Of a stretch of DNA of 64,000 bases, positions 38,630-53,634 are shown piece by piece. The DNA is taken from NCBI GenBank assembly GCA_963796885.1, contig CAWCNP010000023.1, positions 101,031 to 165,030 of the forward strand. Direction: 5' to 3'. Made by a program: the position numbers and the translations under genes. The notes under the pieces are model-generated. The model was not told the DNA's origin. It made no database searches and was given only the letters and a program-made list of their open reading frames with translations. This DNA comes from an uncultured Solirubrobacterales bacterium. Lineage in GTDB: Bacteria > Actinomycetota > Thermoleophilia > Solirubrobacterales > Solirubrobacteraceae. Numbering within the stretch: position 1 is the first letter of the stretch; the number at the start of each line of letters is the position of its first letter.

Positions 38630-40197
38630 TGTCGCCGAACGGCGCCGCTCCGAGGTGGAACGCCGTCGTGCTGCTCGTGACTGAAGTTGGCGATCAGCTC
38701 GAACTCGCCCCGTCGGAAGCTGAGCACCCGGCGCTCCTCGTCGACGGACACGTCGGCCGGACCGTCGGGTAGCTCCCGCCTCAGCGCCAGCAGCCTGCGG
38801 TAGTAGTCCAGGTGCTCGGGGTCACCGCTCGCCGGATCGAGTTTTGAGCGCTCGAAGGTGGCCGGATCCTGCGGATCGGGGATCTCCTCGGCGGAGAAGT
38901 CCGCGAACTCCGCGAACTCCTGCCGCCGCCCCTCGCGGGTCAGCTGGGCGATCTTCGGGTCGACGTGGTCGGTGAAGTACTGAAACGGGCGTGACTCGTC
39001 GTACTCCTCGCCCTGGAACAGCATCGGCGTGCCCGGCGAGAGGATCGAGCAGAACGCGGCCAGCCGCAGGTCGCGTCGGCGGAGTCGATCGCCAAGGGCG
39101 CGGTTTCCCACCTGGTCGTGGTTCTGCGCGCACACCACGAACCGCCGGCCCTCGGCCCGGTGGAGCTGGCTGGCCACGTCGGCGAGCCTGCCGTACCGGG
39201 CGTAATAGGCCTCGTGCTCGCCGGTCAGCAGAACGTGGACGGCATGGTGAAGCGAGTCCTCCCATTGAGCGTCGTGGCCCCACTCGTGGATGGGCCTCAG
39301 GTCGCCGATCTCCATCTCTGAGATCAGCAGAGCACGGGCATTGATCGCTTTCACACGCCGGGCCAGCTCGGCCATCACGTGCGGGTCGGAGTCGTCGATG
39401 ATCGCGTGCATCGCATCGAGGCGCAGGCCGTCGACGCCGAAGTCGCGCACCCACATCTCGGCGTTCTGGATGGCCCATTCGCGCACCGCCCGCTGCGAGT
39501 AATCGATCGCCTTGCCCCAGATCGTCTTGTGACGGTCCGTGAGGTACGGGCCGAAGGCGACGATCCCATCCGAGCCGGCACCCATGTGGTTGTAGACGAC
39601 ATCGAGGATCACCCCCAGCCCCGCCTCATGGGCGCCGGCGATCAGCCGGGCAAATCCCTCCGGTCCGCCGTAGGCGGGATGAGGCGCGTACGTGTAGACG
39701 CCGTCGTAGCCCCAGCCGCGGTTGCCGGCGAACGTGGCGATCGGCATGACCTCGATCGCCGTGACACCCAGGTCGCGCAGTTCGCGTAGCCGCGGGATCG
39801 CACCCTCGAAGGTCCCCGCCGCCGAGAACGTGCCCACGTGGAGCTCGTAGATCACGAGGTCGGGCAGGGCGACCCCAGGAAACTCGCTTCCGCGATCGGC
39901 CAGCGCCGCGAGGTCGACAACACGCGAGCGCCCGCGCAGGCCCTCGGGCTGTGACCGCGACCACGGGTCGGGCCAGCGCTCGCCACCGTCGATCATGAAC
40001 TCGTAGTCCGTTCCGGCCGGCGCGCGGACGCGCGCCTCGAACAGCGCCTCCGCCACGGGGGCCATGTCGAGGCGGCCGGCCTCCGTGACCACGGCGACCG
40101 TCTCGGCCGCCGGCGCCCACAGGCGAAACACGGTGGTGCCGTCCGCCTGAGGCAACGCCCCGAGGGCGGGAAAGTGGGTTCGCGCGCGATCGCTCAT
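38626..40197 (-). CDS. treZ: Malto-oligosyltrehalose trehalohydrolase (GH13)
   Basis: 'IYELHVGTF', 'WGYDGV', 'DVVYNH', 'GLRLDAMHA', 'NHDQVGNR', 'PDPQDPATF'. Confidence 0.92.
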   Translation of the reverse strand: MSDRARTHFPALGALPQADGTTVFRLWAPAAETVAVVTEAGRLDMAPVAEALFEARVRAPAGTDYEFMIDGGERWPDPWSRSQPEGLRGRSRVVDLAALADRGSEFPGVALPDLVIYELHVGTFSAAGTFEGAIPRLRELRDLGVTAIEVMPIATFAGNRGWGYDGVYTYAPHPAYGGPEGFARLIAGAHEAGLGVILDVVYNHMGAGSDGIVAFGPYLTDRHKTIWGKAIDYSQRAVREWAIQNAEMWVRDFGVDGLRLDAMHAIIDDSDPHVMAELARRVKAINARALLISEMEIGDLRPIHEWGHDAQWEDSLHHAVHVLLTGEHEAYYARYGRLADVASQLHRAEGRRFVVCAQNHDQVGNRALGDRLRRRDLRLAAFCSILSPGTPMLFQGEEYDESRPFQYFTDHVDPKIAQLTREGRRQEFAEFADFSAEEIPDPQDPATFERSKLDPASGDPEHLDYYRRLLALRRELPDGPADVSVDEERRVLSFRRGEFELIANFSHEQHDGVPPRSGAVRRH

Positions 40198-40242
40198 CCG
40201 CCCCTGCCGTACCCCGCCCGGCGCCCGCGGAACCCTGTGGCC

Positions 40243-40860
40243 TCAGCTCAGCAGCGCCCGCGTGGCGGCGATCGCCTGCTCGAGGACCGGCCCGATGTCC
40301 AGCCCGGGCTCGCTGAGGCGACGGATCGTCATACCGTCGGCCAGCGTGAACAGGAACGTGGCCACGGTATCGGCGTCGGCCCGCAGCGACACGACACCCG
40401 CCTCGCTCTTGGTCCGCAGCATGTCGGCGGTGTGCACGCGCACGCGTCGCCCGAGCTCGGCCAGCTCGGCGGCGATCTCCCCGTTGCGCTGGCCCACCGT
40501 GATCAGCTCGTAGATCATCACCGCAGCGGGCGGACCCTCGCCGAGAAAGGCCTCGAAGCTCTCGACCAGCGCGGCCAGCACATCATCAGCGCTCTGGGCC
40601 TTGAGGATCCCCTCCTCCAGACGCTCGATGCGGACATCGGACTCCCGCCGGACGACTTCGACCAGCAGCCGTTCCTTGGTGCCGAAGTAGTAGTGCAGGA
40701 GGCCGCGCGATACGCCCGCCTCACGCGCGACGTGATCGAACGTCGAGCCCGCGATGCCACGAGTGGCCACGCTGACCCGCATCGCCTCGACGATGCGCGT
40801 GGCCCGGGCCGTGCTGAGCTCGCGCACGGACCCCAGCTCGGATGTCCTTGCAGCCTCCAC
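40243..40860 (-). CDS. TetR family regulator
   Basis: 'VAREAGVSRGLLHYYFGTKERL'. Confidence 0.92.
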   Translation of the reverse strand: MEAARTSELGSVRELSTARATRIVEAMRVSVATRGIAGSTFDHVAREAGVSRGLLHYYFGTKERLLVEVVRRESDVRIERLEEGILKAQSADDVLAALVESFEAFLGEGPPAAVMIYELITVGQRNGEIAAELAELGRRVRVHTADMLRTKSEAGVVSLRADADTVATFLFTLADGMTIRRLSEPGLDIGPVLEQAIAATRALLS

Positions 40861-40883
40861 GGTCGCGATTCTAAGTCGTTAAG

Positions 40884-40914
40884 CGACGGAGGCGCCGCGC
40901 GGGCGCCTCCGTCG
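40884..40914 (-). terminator. GC-rich hairpin after the 40938-41414 gene
   Basis: 13-bp stem CGACGGAGGCGCC/GGCGCCTCCGTCG. Confidence 0.6.
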
Positions 40915-40937
40915 GGAAGGGTGTGTGGGCGCGGCGG

Positions 40938-41414
40938 CTACGGCGTGCCGACCGGCGTCGCCGGGGGCGTCGAGGCGCTGGCCGGCGGCGTGTACTGGAA
41001 CTCCTCCTCCTTGCCGAACAGCGTGTCGAGCACCTTGGAGCGGAGCTTCTCGCTGCCCACCAGCGCCAGGCTGCCTGCCAGCCCGAGGATCAGCAGCTTG
41101 CGACCCAGGCGGCGGCCCTTGCGAGCCTGCAGCTTGGGGGCATCGCTCAGCGCGATCGTTGCGTCGCGGAGCGCGCCCAGGGCCTCGCCGAGGTCACGCT
41201 GCAGCTTCTTGTCCTCGAGCAGCGCCTTCGGGGCCTTGCCATTGCTGGACACCCGCTCGTAGGCGCTTCTGGTCGATTCGAGAGCTGTCTGCAGGTTGCC
41301 CCGCAGCTTGGCGTCCTCGATCAATCTCGCGATATACGGATTGGACCTGGCCGCGGCGGCCACGTCGGCGGGATTGAACCCGCTCGACTTGCCTTTTTTG
41401 CTTCGTGATGCCAT
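40938..41414 (-). CDS. Hypothetical helical protein
   Basis: SD-like GAGGGAG upstream; host-like codon bias. Confidence 0.75.
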   Translation of the reverse strand: MASRSKKGKSSGFNPADVAAAARSNPYIARLIEDAKLRGNLQTALESTRSAYERVSSNGKAPKALLEDKKLQRDLGEALGALRDATIALSDAPKLQARKGRRLGRKLLILGLAGSLALVGSEKLRSKVLDTLFGKEEEFQYTPPASASTPPATPVGTP

Positions 41415-41532
41415 TGGACTCCCTCGGTGCTTGGGGCTCGTGGGTCCCCAGGATACGGAATGCTAACCGCCAAATAGCGTTTATTCGCACGCGGAACGAT
41501 CACGCGGCCTCAACCGCGACATCGGCCAGACC

Positions 41533-43947
<2,415 letters not shown>

Positions 43948-43969
43948 GCCCGCGATCCGATGGGCAGCA

Positions 43970-44416
43970 CTAGGGCTGGCCCTTCTCGATCGGTACCGGA
44001 CGTCTGCGGGCGACGCCCTGTGCGAGGGGCAGCTCGACCCGGAGCATGCCGTCCTCGTAGCTGGCCCTGGCCCGGTCGGCCAGCACCTCGGCACCCAGTT
44101 CGATCACACGGCGGAAGTAGCCGCGCTCGATCTCGACCTGCTGGTAGACGTCCCCCTCGACGGCGGGCGGTCCGCGGCGACCGGTGAGGACCAGGTTGCG
44201 TCCCTGGATCTCGAGGTCGAGCGAGTCCGGGTCGACGCCGGCGAGCTCGGCGGTCACGATGGCCCGAGGCGGATCGGCGGTGTAGGCGACGTCGACGGCG
44301 GGAGAGAACCCACCGCGACGCCGTGTCAGGCCGCTGCGCTCGAGCACGTCGCCGAACAGCTCGTCCATCTCGCGGCGCATGCGGTCGAAGTTGGCGAACA
44401 GGTCTCGCTCGGACAT
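43970..44416 (-). CDS. Hsp20/alpha-crystallin protein
   Basis: 'EIERGYFRRVI', 'ASYEDGML'; directly upstream of lon. Confidence 0.92.
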   Translation of the reverse strand: MSERDLFANFDRMRREMDELFGDVLERSGLTRRRGGFSPAVDVAYTADPPRAIVTAELAGVDPDSLDLEIQGRNLVLTGRRGPPAVEGDVYQQVEIERGYFRRVIELGAEVLADRARASYEDGMLRVELPLAQGVARRRPVPIEKGQP

Positions 44417-44442
44417 GAGGCCCAAGCCTATCTCGCTCGCTG

Positions 44443-45231
44443 TTACAGGCTGTAGACGGCCCCTTCGGCCGCGAGCTCGACCGGCGCTCCGAAACCGCGA
44501 CTGGCTTCGTCACGCGCCCACTCGGCGTCGAGCTCATCGGAGAAGTGCGTGATGACGACGCGGCGCGCCCCGGCGCGCCGGCCGTGCTCGCCGGCTTCGT
44601 GGGGGGTTAGGTGGCCGCGGATGCCCGTGCGCTCCGGCCGCGGCAGGGTGGCTTCGATCAGCAGCATGTCGGTGTGCCGGGCGAACCTGACCAGCTCGTC
44701 GTTGGGCCGGCAATCGGCGCTGTAGGTGAATCGGCTCGCGCCGTCGACCAGATCCACCGCATAGGTGAGGGTGTAGTGGGGCATCTCGCAGAAGCGCACG
44801 CCGAACGGACCAACCTCGAGCTCGGAGAGAACGTCGTACTCGCGCAGCTCGAAGGCGTGCTCGATCAACTCCTCGTTGCCCCACGCGCCGAGGATGCTCC
44901 GGAACACATCCGAGGAGCCGACCGGGGCATACAGCTGTGGCCGAGCAGGATGATCGGTTCCGGGCCAGCCGGCGACCGCCACCGGCTGCTGGCGCGGCGC
45001 GTAGGTGAGCGCGTAGGCGAATGGGATCAGATCGAGAAAGTGGTCGGCGTGCAGATGGCTGATGAGGACGGCATCGACCTCGAGGTAGTCGGCGAATCGC
45101 CGCAGCTTGGAGAACACGCCGTTGCCGCAATCGAGCAACAGGACGAAGCCGTCGTTCTCGATCAGATACCCACTGCATGCCCCTCCGGCGTCCTGCCAAG
45201 ATGGAGATTTGCCCAGCACGGTGATCTCCAC
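44443..45231 (-). CDS. MBL-fold metallo-hydrolase (RNase Z/BN-like)
   Basis: 'DCGNG', 'SHLHADH', 'YSAD', 'EAT', 'GHLT', 'THF'. Confidence 0.9.
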   Translation of the reverse strand: MEITVLGKSPSWQDAGGACSGYLIENDGFVLLLDCGNGVFSKLRRFADYLEVDAVLISHLHADHFLDLIPFAYALTYAPRQQPVAVAGWPGTDHPARPQLYAPVGSSDVFRSILGAWGNEELIEHAFELREYDVLSELEVGPFGVRFCEMPHYTLTYAVDLVDGASRFTYSADCRPNDELVRFARHTDMLLIEATLPRPERTGIRGHLTPHEAGEHGRRAGARRVVITHFSDELDAEWARDEASRGFGAPVELAAEGAVYSL

Positions 45232-45271
45232 ACCGCTCCTCTCTCAGTGAAGACTCTGACACTCTAACCGC

Positions 45272-46597
45272 GTGAGCCCAGTGCACCTGCATATGCCCGT
45301 GCTGGTGCCCGCTTCCGTCAGCCACTTCGACGTGGTCGTGCTGGTGTTCGGCGCGGTGCTGATCGGCAGCGCGCTGCTGTCGGGGATCGCTCGGAAGAGC
45401 GCTCTGTCGCTGACCGCCCTGTTCGTCCTCGTCGGGTTCGCGCTCGGCGCCGGCGGTCTGGGCGTCCTGCATTTCGATGCCCGCTCACCGTTCGTGGCCG
45501 ACCTGGCAGTGGTGGCTCTGATCGTGATCCTGTTCCGCGACGGCCTCGAGGTCGAGGCGGAGATGCTGCAGAGTCACTGGCGCCTGCCGCTGCGCAAGCT
45601 CGTCCTGGCCATGCCCCTGACGGCGGTGATCGTCGCGGTCGGCGCGCACACGCTGACGTCACTGAACTGGACAGAGTCGTTCCTGCTCGGAGCGCTGCTC
45701 TCGCCCACCGACCCGGTGCTGTCCTCCAGCGTGGTCACCAACCCCCGGGTCCCGCGCCTGGTGCGCCACTCGCTAAACCTGGAGTCGGGGCTCAACGATG
45801 GCCTGGCGCTGCCGGCCGTGCTCGCGTTCAGCGCCGCCCTGGCCTCCTCGGACACGCACTTCGTGTGGTGGCGCTTCGTGCTCGAGGATGTGACGATCGG
45901 CCTGGCCATCGGCCTCGCCGTCGGGTTCGCCGCCGCCCTGATCATGCCGCGCGGCACCAGCCTCGAGGAGGGCATTCCGACCCATCAACGCTCCCTGTAT
46001 GCGCTGGGCAGTGCGTTCGCCGCCTACGGCATCGCGGTCCTGATTCCACACGGGAACGGGCTCATAGCGGTATACGTGGCAGCCATCACGCTGGGCATTC
46101 GCCGCGCCGACCTACGCCACTACTTCGAGCGTCAGGCGGAGGATCTGGTCGAGATCGTCAAGCTGGGGATCTTCGTCGTCTTCGGCTCGCTGCTGACCCT
46201 GCACGGGCTGTTCGGGGACGGTTGGGCCGCCGTGGCAATGGTCGTGATCGCACTGCTCGTGGCCCGCCCGGTCGCCGTGTTCACCGCCCTGGCCGGCACC
46301 GGAGTGGACAGGGCCACCAAGGCCTTCATGTCGTGGTTCGGCCCCAAGGGCGTGGCGACGATGACCTTCTCGCTGCTGGTGCTGAGCGATCAGATCGACT
46401 CGGGTGCGCGGATCTTCAACCTGGCCGCGCTCGTGGTCGTCTGCTCGATCATCGTGCATGGCGTGTCGGACAGCGCGGGGGCGGAGTGGATCGCCGCGCG
46501 GTCGGAGGCGCGCGAAGCGGCCGATGGCGATGCGGCCGGTGGTGATGGGGGTGATGCCGGCGGGGCCGAGGCGGCCGCGCAAGCCGCGGCTCAGTGA
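45272..46597 (+). CDS. CPA1 cation:proton antiporter
   Basis: 'LSPTDPV', 'ESGLNDG', 'WFGPKG'; many TM helices. Confidence 0.92.
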   Translation: MSPVHLHMPVLVPASVSHFDVVVLVFGAVLIGSALLSGIARKSALSLTALFVLVGFALGAGGLGVLHFDARSPFVADLAVVALIVILFRDGLEVEAEMLQSHWRLPLRKLVLAMPLTAVIVAVGAHTLTSLNWTESFLLGALLSPTDPVLSSSVVTNPRVPRLVRHSLNLESGLNDGLALPAVLAFSAALASSDTHFVWWRFVLEDVTIGLAIGLAVGFAAALIMPRGTSLEEGIPTHQRSLYALGSAFAAYGIAVLIPHGNGLIAVYVAAITLGIRRADLRHYFERQAEDLVEIVKLGIFVVFGSLLTLHGLFGDGWAAVAMVVIALLVARPVAVFTALAGTGVDRATKAFMSWFGPKGVATMTFSLLVLSDQIDSGARIFNLAALVVVCSIIVHGVSDSAGAEWIAARSEAREAADGDAAGGDGGDAGGAEAAAQAAAQ

Positions 46598-46710
46598 CCG
46601 TTGTCGCGCCGCGTCGGGTCGAGAATCCACCCGAGCAGCACGGCAAGCAGGACGAAGACGATAAATCCGCCGATCAACGGCCAGAACACGGCGGGAACCT
46701 TATAGGACAT
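46591..46710 (-). CDS. 39-aa single-TM peptide
   Basis: MSYKVPAVFWPLIGGFIVFVLLAVLLGWILDPTRRDNGH*. Confidence 0.55.
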   Translation of the reverse strand: MSYKVPAVFWPLIGGFIVFVLLAVLLGWILDPTRRDNGH

Positions 46711-46909
46711 CTGGCACGTTGGGGTCTTGCTTGCGGAACGGCGGCTGGAGTCGAGGACGGGGCGCTTACGCCCCGTCCGGCGGCCACGAAAACGTCGCGC
46801 AGCGCCCCGACGCGCCGGCGCCGTGCAACGTTTTGCAAGGCTCACCCCGGCCCCTCCCCAGCCGCCCTTCCCGACGCCGCCGGCGGGCGAGCGGGCGGGC
46901 GGGCGATTT

Positions 46910-47140
46910 CTAGGCGTGCAGCGCGACCTGCTCGCTGGCCGAGGGGAACGCCCAGGCCACCTGCATACGGCGCTCCTGGCGGAACACGAAGCGCAGCTGG
47001 CTGGGGGGACGCAGGCCGTCGGGATGGTTGGGCCGGTAGGTTGCGCACGGCCCGCACTCGCTGATTGCGCAGAGAAGGTTCTGACGGAAGAAGCAACTCT
47101 CGCAGCTTGGTTTTGCCACCCCGGCACGCCCGCTCGCCAT
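46910..47140 (-). CDS. Small Cys-rich protein (CxxC-x7-C...C)
   Basis: GGAGGGG SD; 'CESCFFRQNLLCAISECGPCATYRP'. Confidence 0.7.
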   Translation of the reverse strand: MASGRAGVAKPSCESCFFRQNLLCAISECGPCATYRPNHPDGLRPPSQLRFVFRQERRMQVAWAFPSASEQVALHA

Positions 47141-47335
47141 CCGCTTAGTACCCCTCCTGCTCTCGAAAACTCAATCCAGCGACAGGAGTCATCAAAGCGA
47201 ATTTCGCCCCCCTCCCGCAACCACGTTTGTCGGAAAACGCTGGAACTTTCACCCCTACCCAATTCCCTGGAAAAAGCGCAGATTTTGTGACCCCGGGCAT
47301 GAAGGATCCGCAATTTCCGTAGCTTTCTGCCTCGC

Positions 47336-48426
47336 ATGGAACCGACCGGGCCACTGATCAGCCTCGCCGACTATGAGCGCGCCGCCGAAGCCGTGCTCGA
47401 AGCCGGGCCGTTCGGCTACGGCGCCGGTGGCGCCGGCGAGGAAATCACCCTCCGGGACAACGTCGCCGCGTGGCGTCGACTCGCCATCCTGCCGCGCGTG
47501 CTGGTCGGCGTCGGTGAGCGCGACCCGGGAGTCACACTGCTGGGCAAGGCTCGCCCCCACCCGCTGATCGTCGCCCCCATGGCCTACCAACAGCTGGCCC
47601 ATCGCGAGGCCGAGCTCGGGATGGCGCGGGCGGCGGCGGCGACCGGTTCGATCTTCTGCCTCTCGACCTTCGGCACGACCACGCCTGTCGCGCTGGCGCA
47701 GGCCGAGCCTGAGGTCTCGCGCTGGTTTCAGCTCTACGTGCTCAAGGATCGCGGCGTCAGCCGCGGGCTGGTCGCGCAAGCCGCCGCGAGCGGCTACGAG
47801 GCCCTGGTCGTGACTGTGGACCGCCCGATCTCGGGCCGCCGCGAGCGTGACATTCGATCGGAGGCCCGCTCGACGCGCGCTGACCTCGTGCCAGGCGCGA
47901 AGGTTGCCGGCGCCGGCGGCGACATGGCGCCAATGGATTTCGTGTCGCTCATCGACCCCAACCTGGCCTGGGACGACATCGAGCAACTGGCCACCGACGG
48001 CGAGCTGCCGGTGCTCGTCAAGGGCATCCTCACGCCGAGCGACGCCGCGCGGGCCGTCGACCACGGCGCGCGGGCGATCGTGATGTCAAACCACGGCGGA
48101 CGCCAGCTCGACACCGTCCTATCGGGCGCCGACGCCCTGCCGCCGGTCATCGACGCCGTGGGGGGCCAGGTCGAGGTGATCGTCGACGGCGGCATTCGCC
48201 GGGCACCGACATACTCAAGGCGCTGTCGCTGGGGGCAAGTGCGGTGCAGGTCGGCCGCCCGGTGCTGTGGGGGCTGGCCGTCGATGGCGCCAACGGTGCC
48301 GAGGCGGTTCTGCGAATCCTGCTCGACGACTTCGACGCGACGCTGGCCCTGGCCGGAGCCCCGAGCGCGGCCGGGCTCGACCGCAGCTTCGTCACCCCCG
48401 CGCCGTGGGTAGGTCAACCCCGATGA
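47336..48426 (+). CDS. FMN-dependent alpha-hydroxy-acid oxidase with a single frameshift near 48200
   Basis: 'APMA', 'WFQLY', 'TVD', 'VKG', 'SNHGGRQLD', 'DGGIRR|GTDILKAL'. One G is missing and the reading continues in another frame to 48426. Confidence 0.85.
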
Positions 48427-49337
48427 ACGTTCTCCTCACCGGCGTCAGCGGTTACATCGGCTCGCGCCTGGCGCCGCGCCTGGAGCAGGACGGGCACACC
48501 GTGAGGGGCTTCGCCCGCGACCCCGGTGCGGTCGCCGTCAACGTCCCGGTCCAGGCTGGCGATGCCGTGTCCGGCGCCGGTCTCGATGAGGCACTGGACG
48601 GCGTCGAGGTTGCCTACTACCTGATCCACTCGATGGAGCACGCCAGCAACGGCAGCTTCGACGTCCGCGAGCGGACCGCGGCGAAGAACTTCGCCCGCGC
48701 CGCTCGGGCCGCGAGCGTGAAGCGCATCATCTACCTCGGCGGTCTGCTGCCGGCGCTCGGCCCGGCGTCGACACACCTGAGGAGCCGACTGGCCGTCGAA
48801 GAGACTCTCGCTGGCGCCGCCCGGTGCACGGTGGCCTTCCGGGCCTCGATCGTGATCGGGGCCGGCTCACGTTCATTTCGCTTCCTCGTGCGACTGGTCG
48901 AGCGCATGCCGGTGATCACCGTTCCAGCGTGGGGCGCCAACAGCACCGCTCCGATCGACGAGCGCGACATGATCGAGCTCCTGGCCCGGGCGGCCACCAG
49001 TGACGCCGTTTGTGGTCATGCCCTCGATGCCGGGGGACCCGACGTCGTCACCTATCGCGAACTGATCGAGCGAATTGGCGAGGCCATGATCGTCTCGCGC
49101 CCCACGTTCGGCTTCAAACGTCTCACTGCCACTCCGATCACCAGCCGTATTGCCTCCATCATCACCGGTGAGGATCCCGCCCTGATCGAGCCGCTGATGG
49201 AGAGCCTCGATCAGGACCTGCTGGCCCGGGACAGCCGTGCGGCCGAGTTGCTCGGCGTGCGGCTCCACTCGCTCGATGCGGCGATTGAGCACGCGCTGGG
49301 CGATTGGGAAGCTGTCGAGCCGCTGGCCGCCCGTTAG
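48423..49337 (+). CDS. NAD(P)H-binding atypical SDR
   Basis: 'LLTGVSGYIG', 'AYYLIHSM', 'IIYLGG', 'GSRSF'. Confidence 0.88.
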   Translation: MNVLLTGVSGYIGSRLAPRLEQDGHTVRGFARDPGAVAVNVPVQAGDAVSGAGLDEALDGVEVAYYLIHSMEHASNGSFDVRERTAAKNFARAARAASVKRIIYLGGLLPALGPASTHLRSRLAVEETLAGAARCTVAFRASIVIGAGSRSFRFLVRLVERMPVITVPAWGANSTAPIDERDMIELLARAATSDAVCGHALDAGGPDVVTYRELIERIGEAMIVSRPTFGFKRLTATPITSRIASIITGEDPALIEPLMESLDQDLLARDSRAAELLGVRLHSLDAAIEHALGDWEAVEPLAAR

Positions 49338-49365
49338 CGAGTGAGTTAGTGTCTGGCCGCCCGCG

Positions 49366-49812
49366 ATGAGCACTGTCCGCGTGAAGATCATGATCAATGC
49401 TCCGGTCCAGCGGGTGTGGGAAACGATCATGGACCCGAGCCGCTTCAACGAGTGGGTGACGATTCATCGCCAGGTGAGGAATTTCTCGACGCCGATGTCC
49501 CCAGGGTCGACCATGGACCAGGTTCTGCACATGCGGGGTGTCTCGTTCCACGTCCACTGGACGCTGTCCGAGTGCCATGCCCCGCGCCTGGCGGTGTGGG
49601 AGGGCCAGGGACCCGCGCGGTCCACCGCGCTGATCCGCTATGAGCTATCCGGCGATGAAGACGGCCCGACTGAATTTGTCTACACGAACGAGTTCAGGAC
49701 CCCGGGCGGACGGCTGGGATCGCTGGCCAGCCGGGTGGTGGTCGGAGCCGCATCCGAGCGTGAAGCGCGCAATTCACTTCGGCAACTCAAAGCCCTAATC
49801 GAAGCCGATTGA
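49366..49812 (+). CDS. SRPBCC family protein
   Basis: 'INAPVQRVWETIMDP..FNEW', C-terminal 'SLRQLKALIE'. Confidence 0.85.
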   Translation: MSTVRVKIMINAPVQRVWETIMDPSRFNEWVTIHRQVRNFSTPMSPGSTMDQVLHMRGVSFHVHWTLSECHAPRLAVWEGQGPARSTALIRYELSGDEDGPTEFVYTNEFRTPGGRLGSLASRVVVGAASEREARNSLRQLKALIEAD

Positions 49813-49881
49813 CCAATAAGTACTGACTGTCGCTATCGTTCACAATCCGTCAACGACCGGGCGCACCCCAGGAGACTGCTT

Positions 49882-50262
49882 ATGGCCGAATTCTTAGATA
49901 GCACAGTTAAGGAGATCGACAACCGCCTGCGCGAACTGCAGGACGAGGTAAAGAGACTTGAGGCGGCCAAGGCTGCGCTCACTGGTGGGACCCCGCGCCG
50001 CGGGCCGGGACGCCCACGCGGCTCGACCACAACGACAACGCGCCGACGCACGGGCCGACGGCCGGGCCGGCCGCGCGGGCGTCGCGGTGGCGCCACCCGT
50101 GCCAACCAGGCGCTGGAACTGGTCAAGAACCAACCCGGTATCACCATCCCCCAGATCGCCGAGGCGCTGAAGATCGAACCGAATTATCTCTATCGGGTAA
50201 TGCCGAAGCTTGTCGCGGAGGGCCAGATCAAGCGCGACGGCCAGGGTTGGCACCCGGCCTGA
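49882..50262 (+). CDS. Coiled-coil + AT-hook + winged-HTH DNA-binding protein
   Basis: AGGAG SD; heptad N-terminus, two 'PGRPRG' motifs, 'NQPGITIPQIAEALKIEPNYLYRVMPKL..EGQI.RDGQGW'. Confidence 0.85.
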   Translation: MAEFLDSTVKEIDNRLRELQDEVKRLEAAKAALTGGTPRRGPGRPRGSTTTTTRRRTGRRPGRPRGRRGGATRANQALELVKNQPGITIPQIAEALKIEPNYLYRVMPKLVAEGQIKRDGQGWHPA

Positions 50263-50327
50263 CATAGCCGGCGTTGCCGGTTGTCATAACTTTCCGCCGG
50301 CCCCATTAGTTAACGGCCAAGTAAACA

Positions 50328-50352
50328 GGGCCGCCCCCCGCAGGGGCGGCCC
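50328..50352. terminator. Probable bidirectional terminator
   Basis: 10-bp stem GGGCCGCCCC/GGGGCGGCCC with A/T flanks, between convergent genes. Confidence 0.75.
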
Positions 50353-50359
50353 CATTTAT

Positions 50360-53631
<3,272 letters not shown>

Positions 53632-53634
53632 CCG

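Noticed and set aside
47141-47335. Known riboswitch class
   Set aside because: No recognisable aptamer consensus; only a short anti-SD pairing, reported as a finding.
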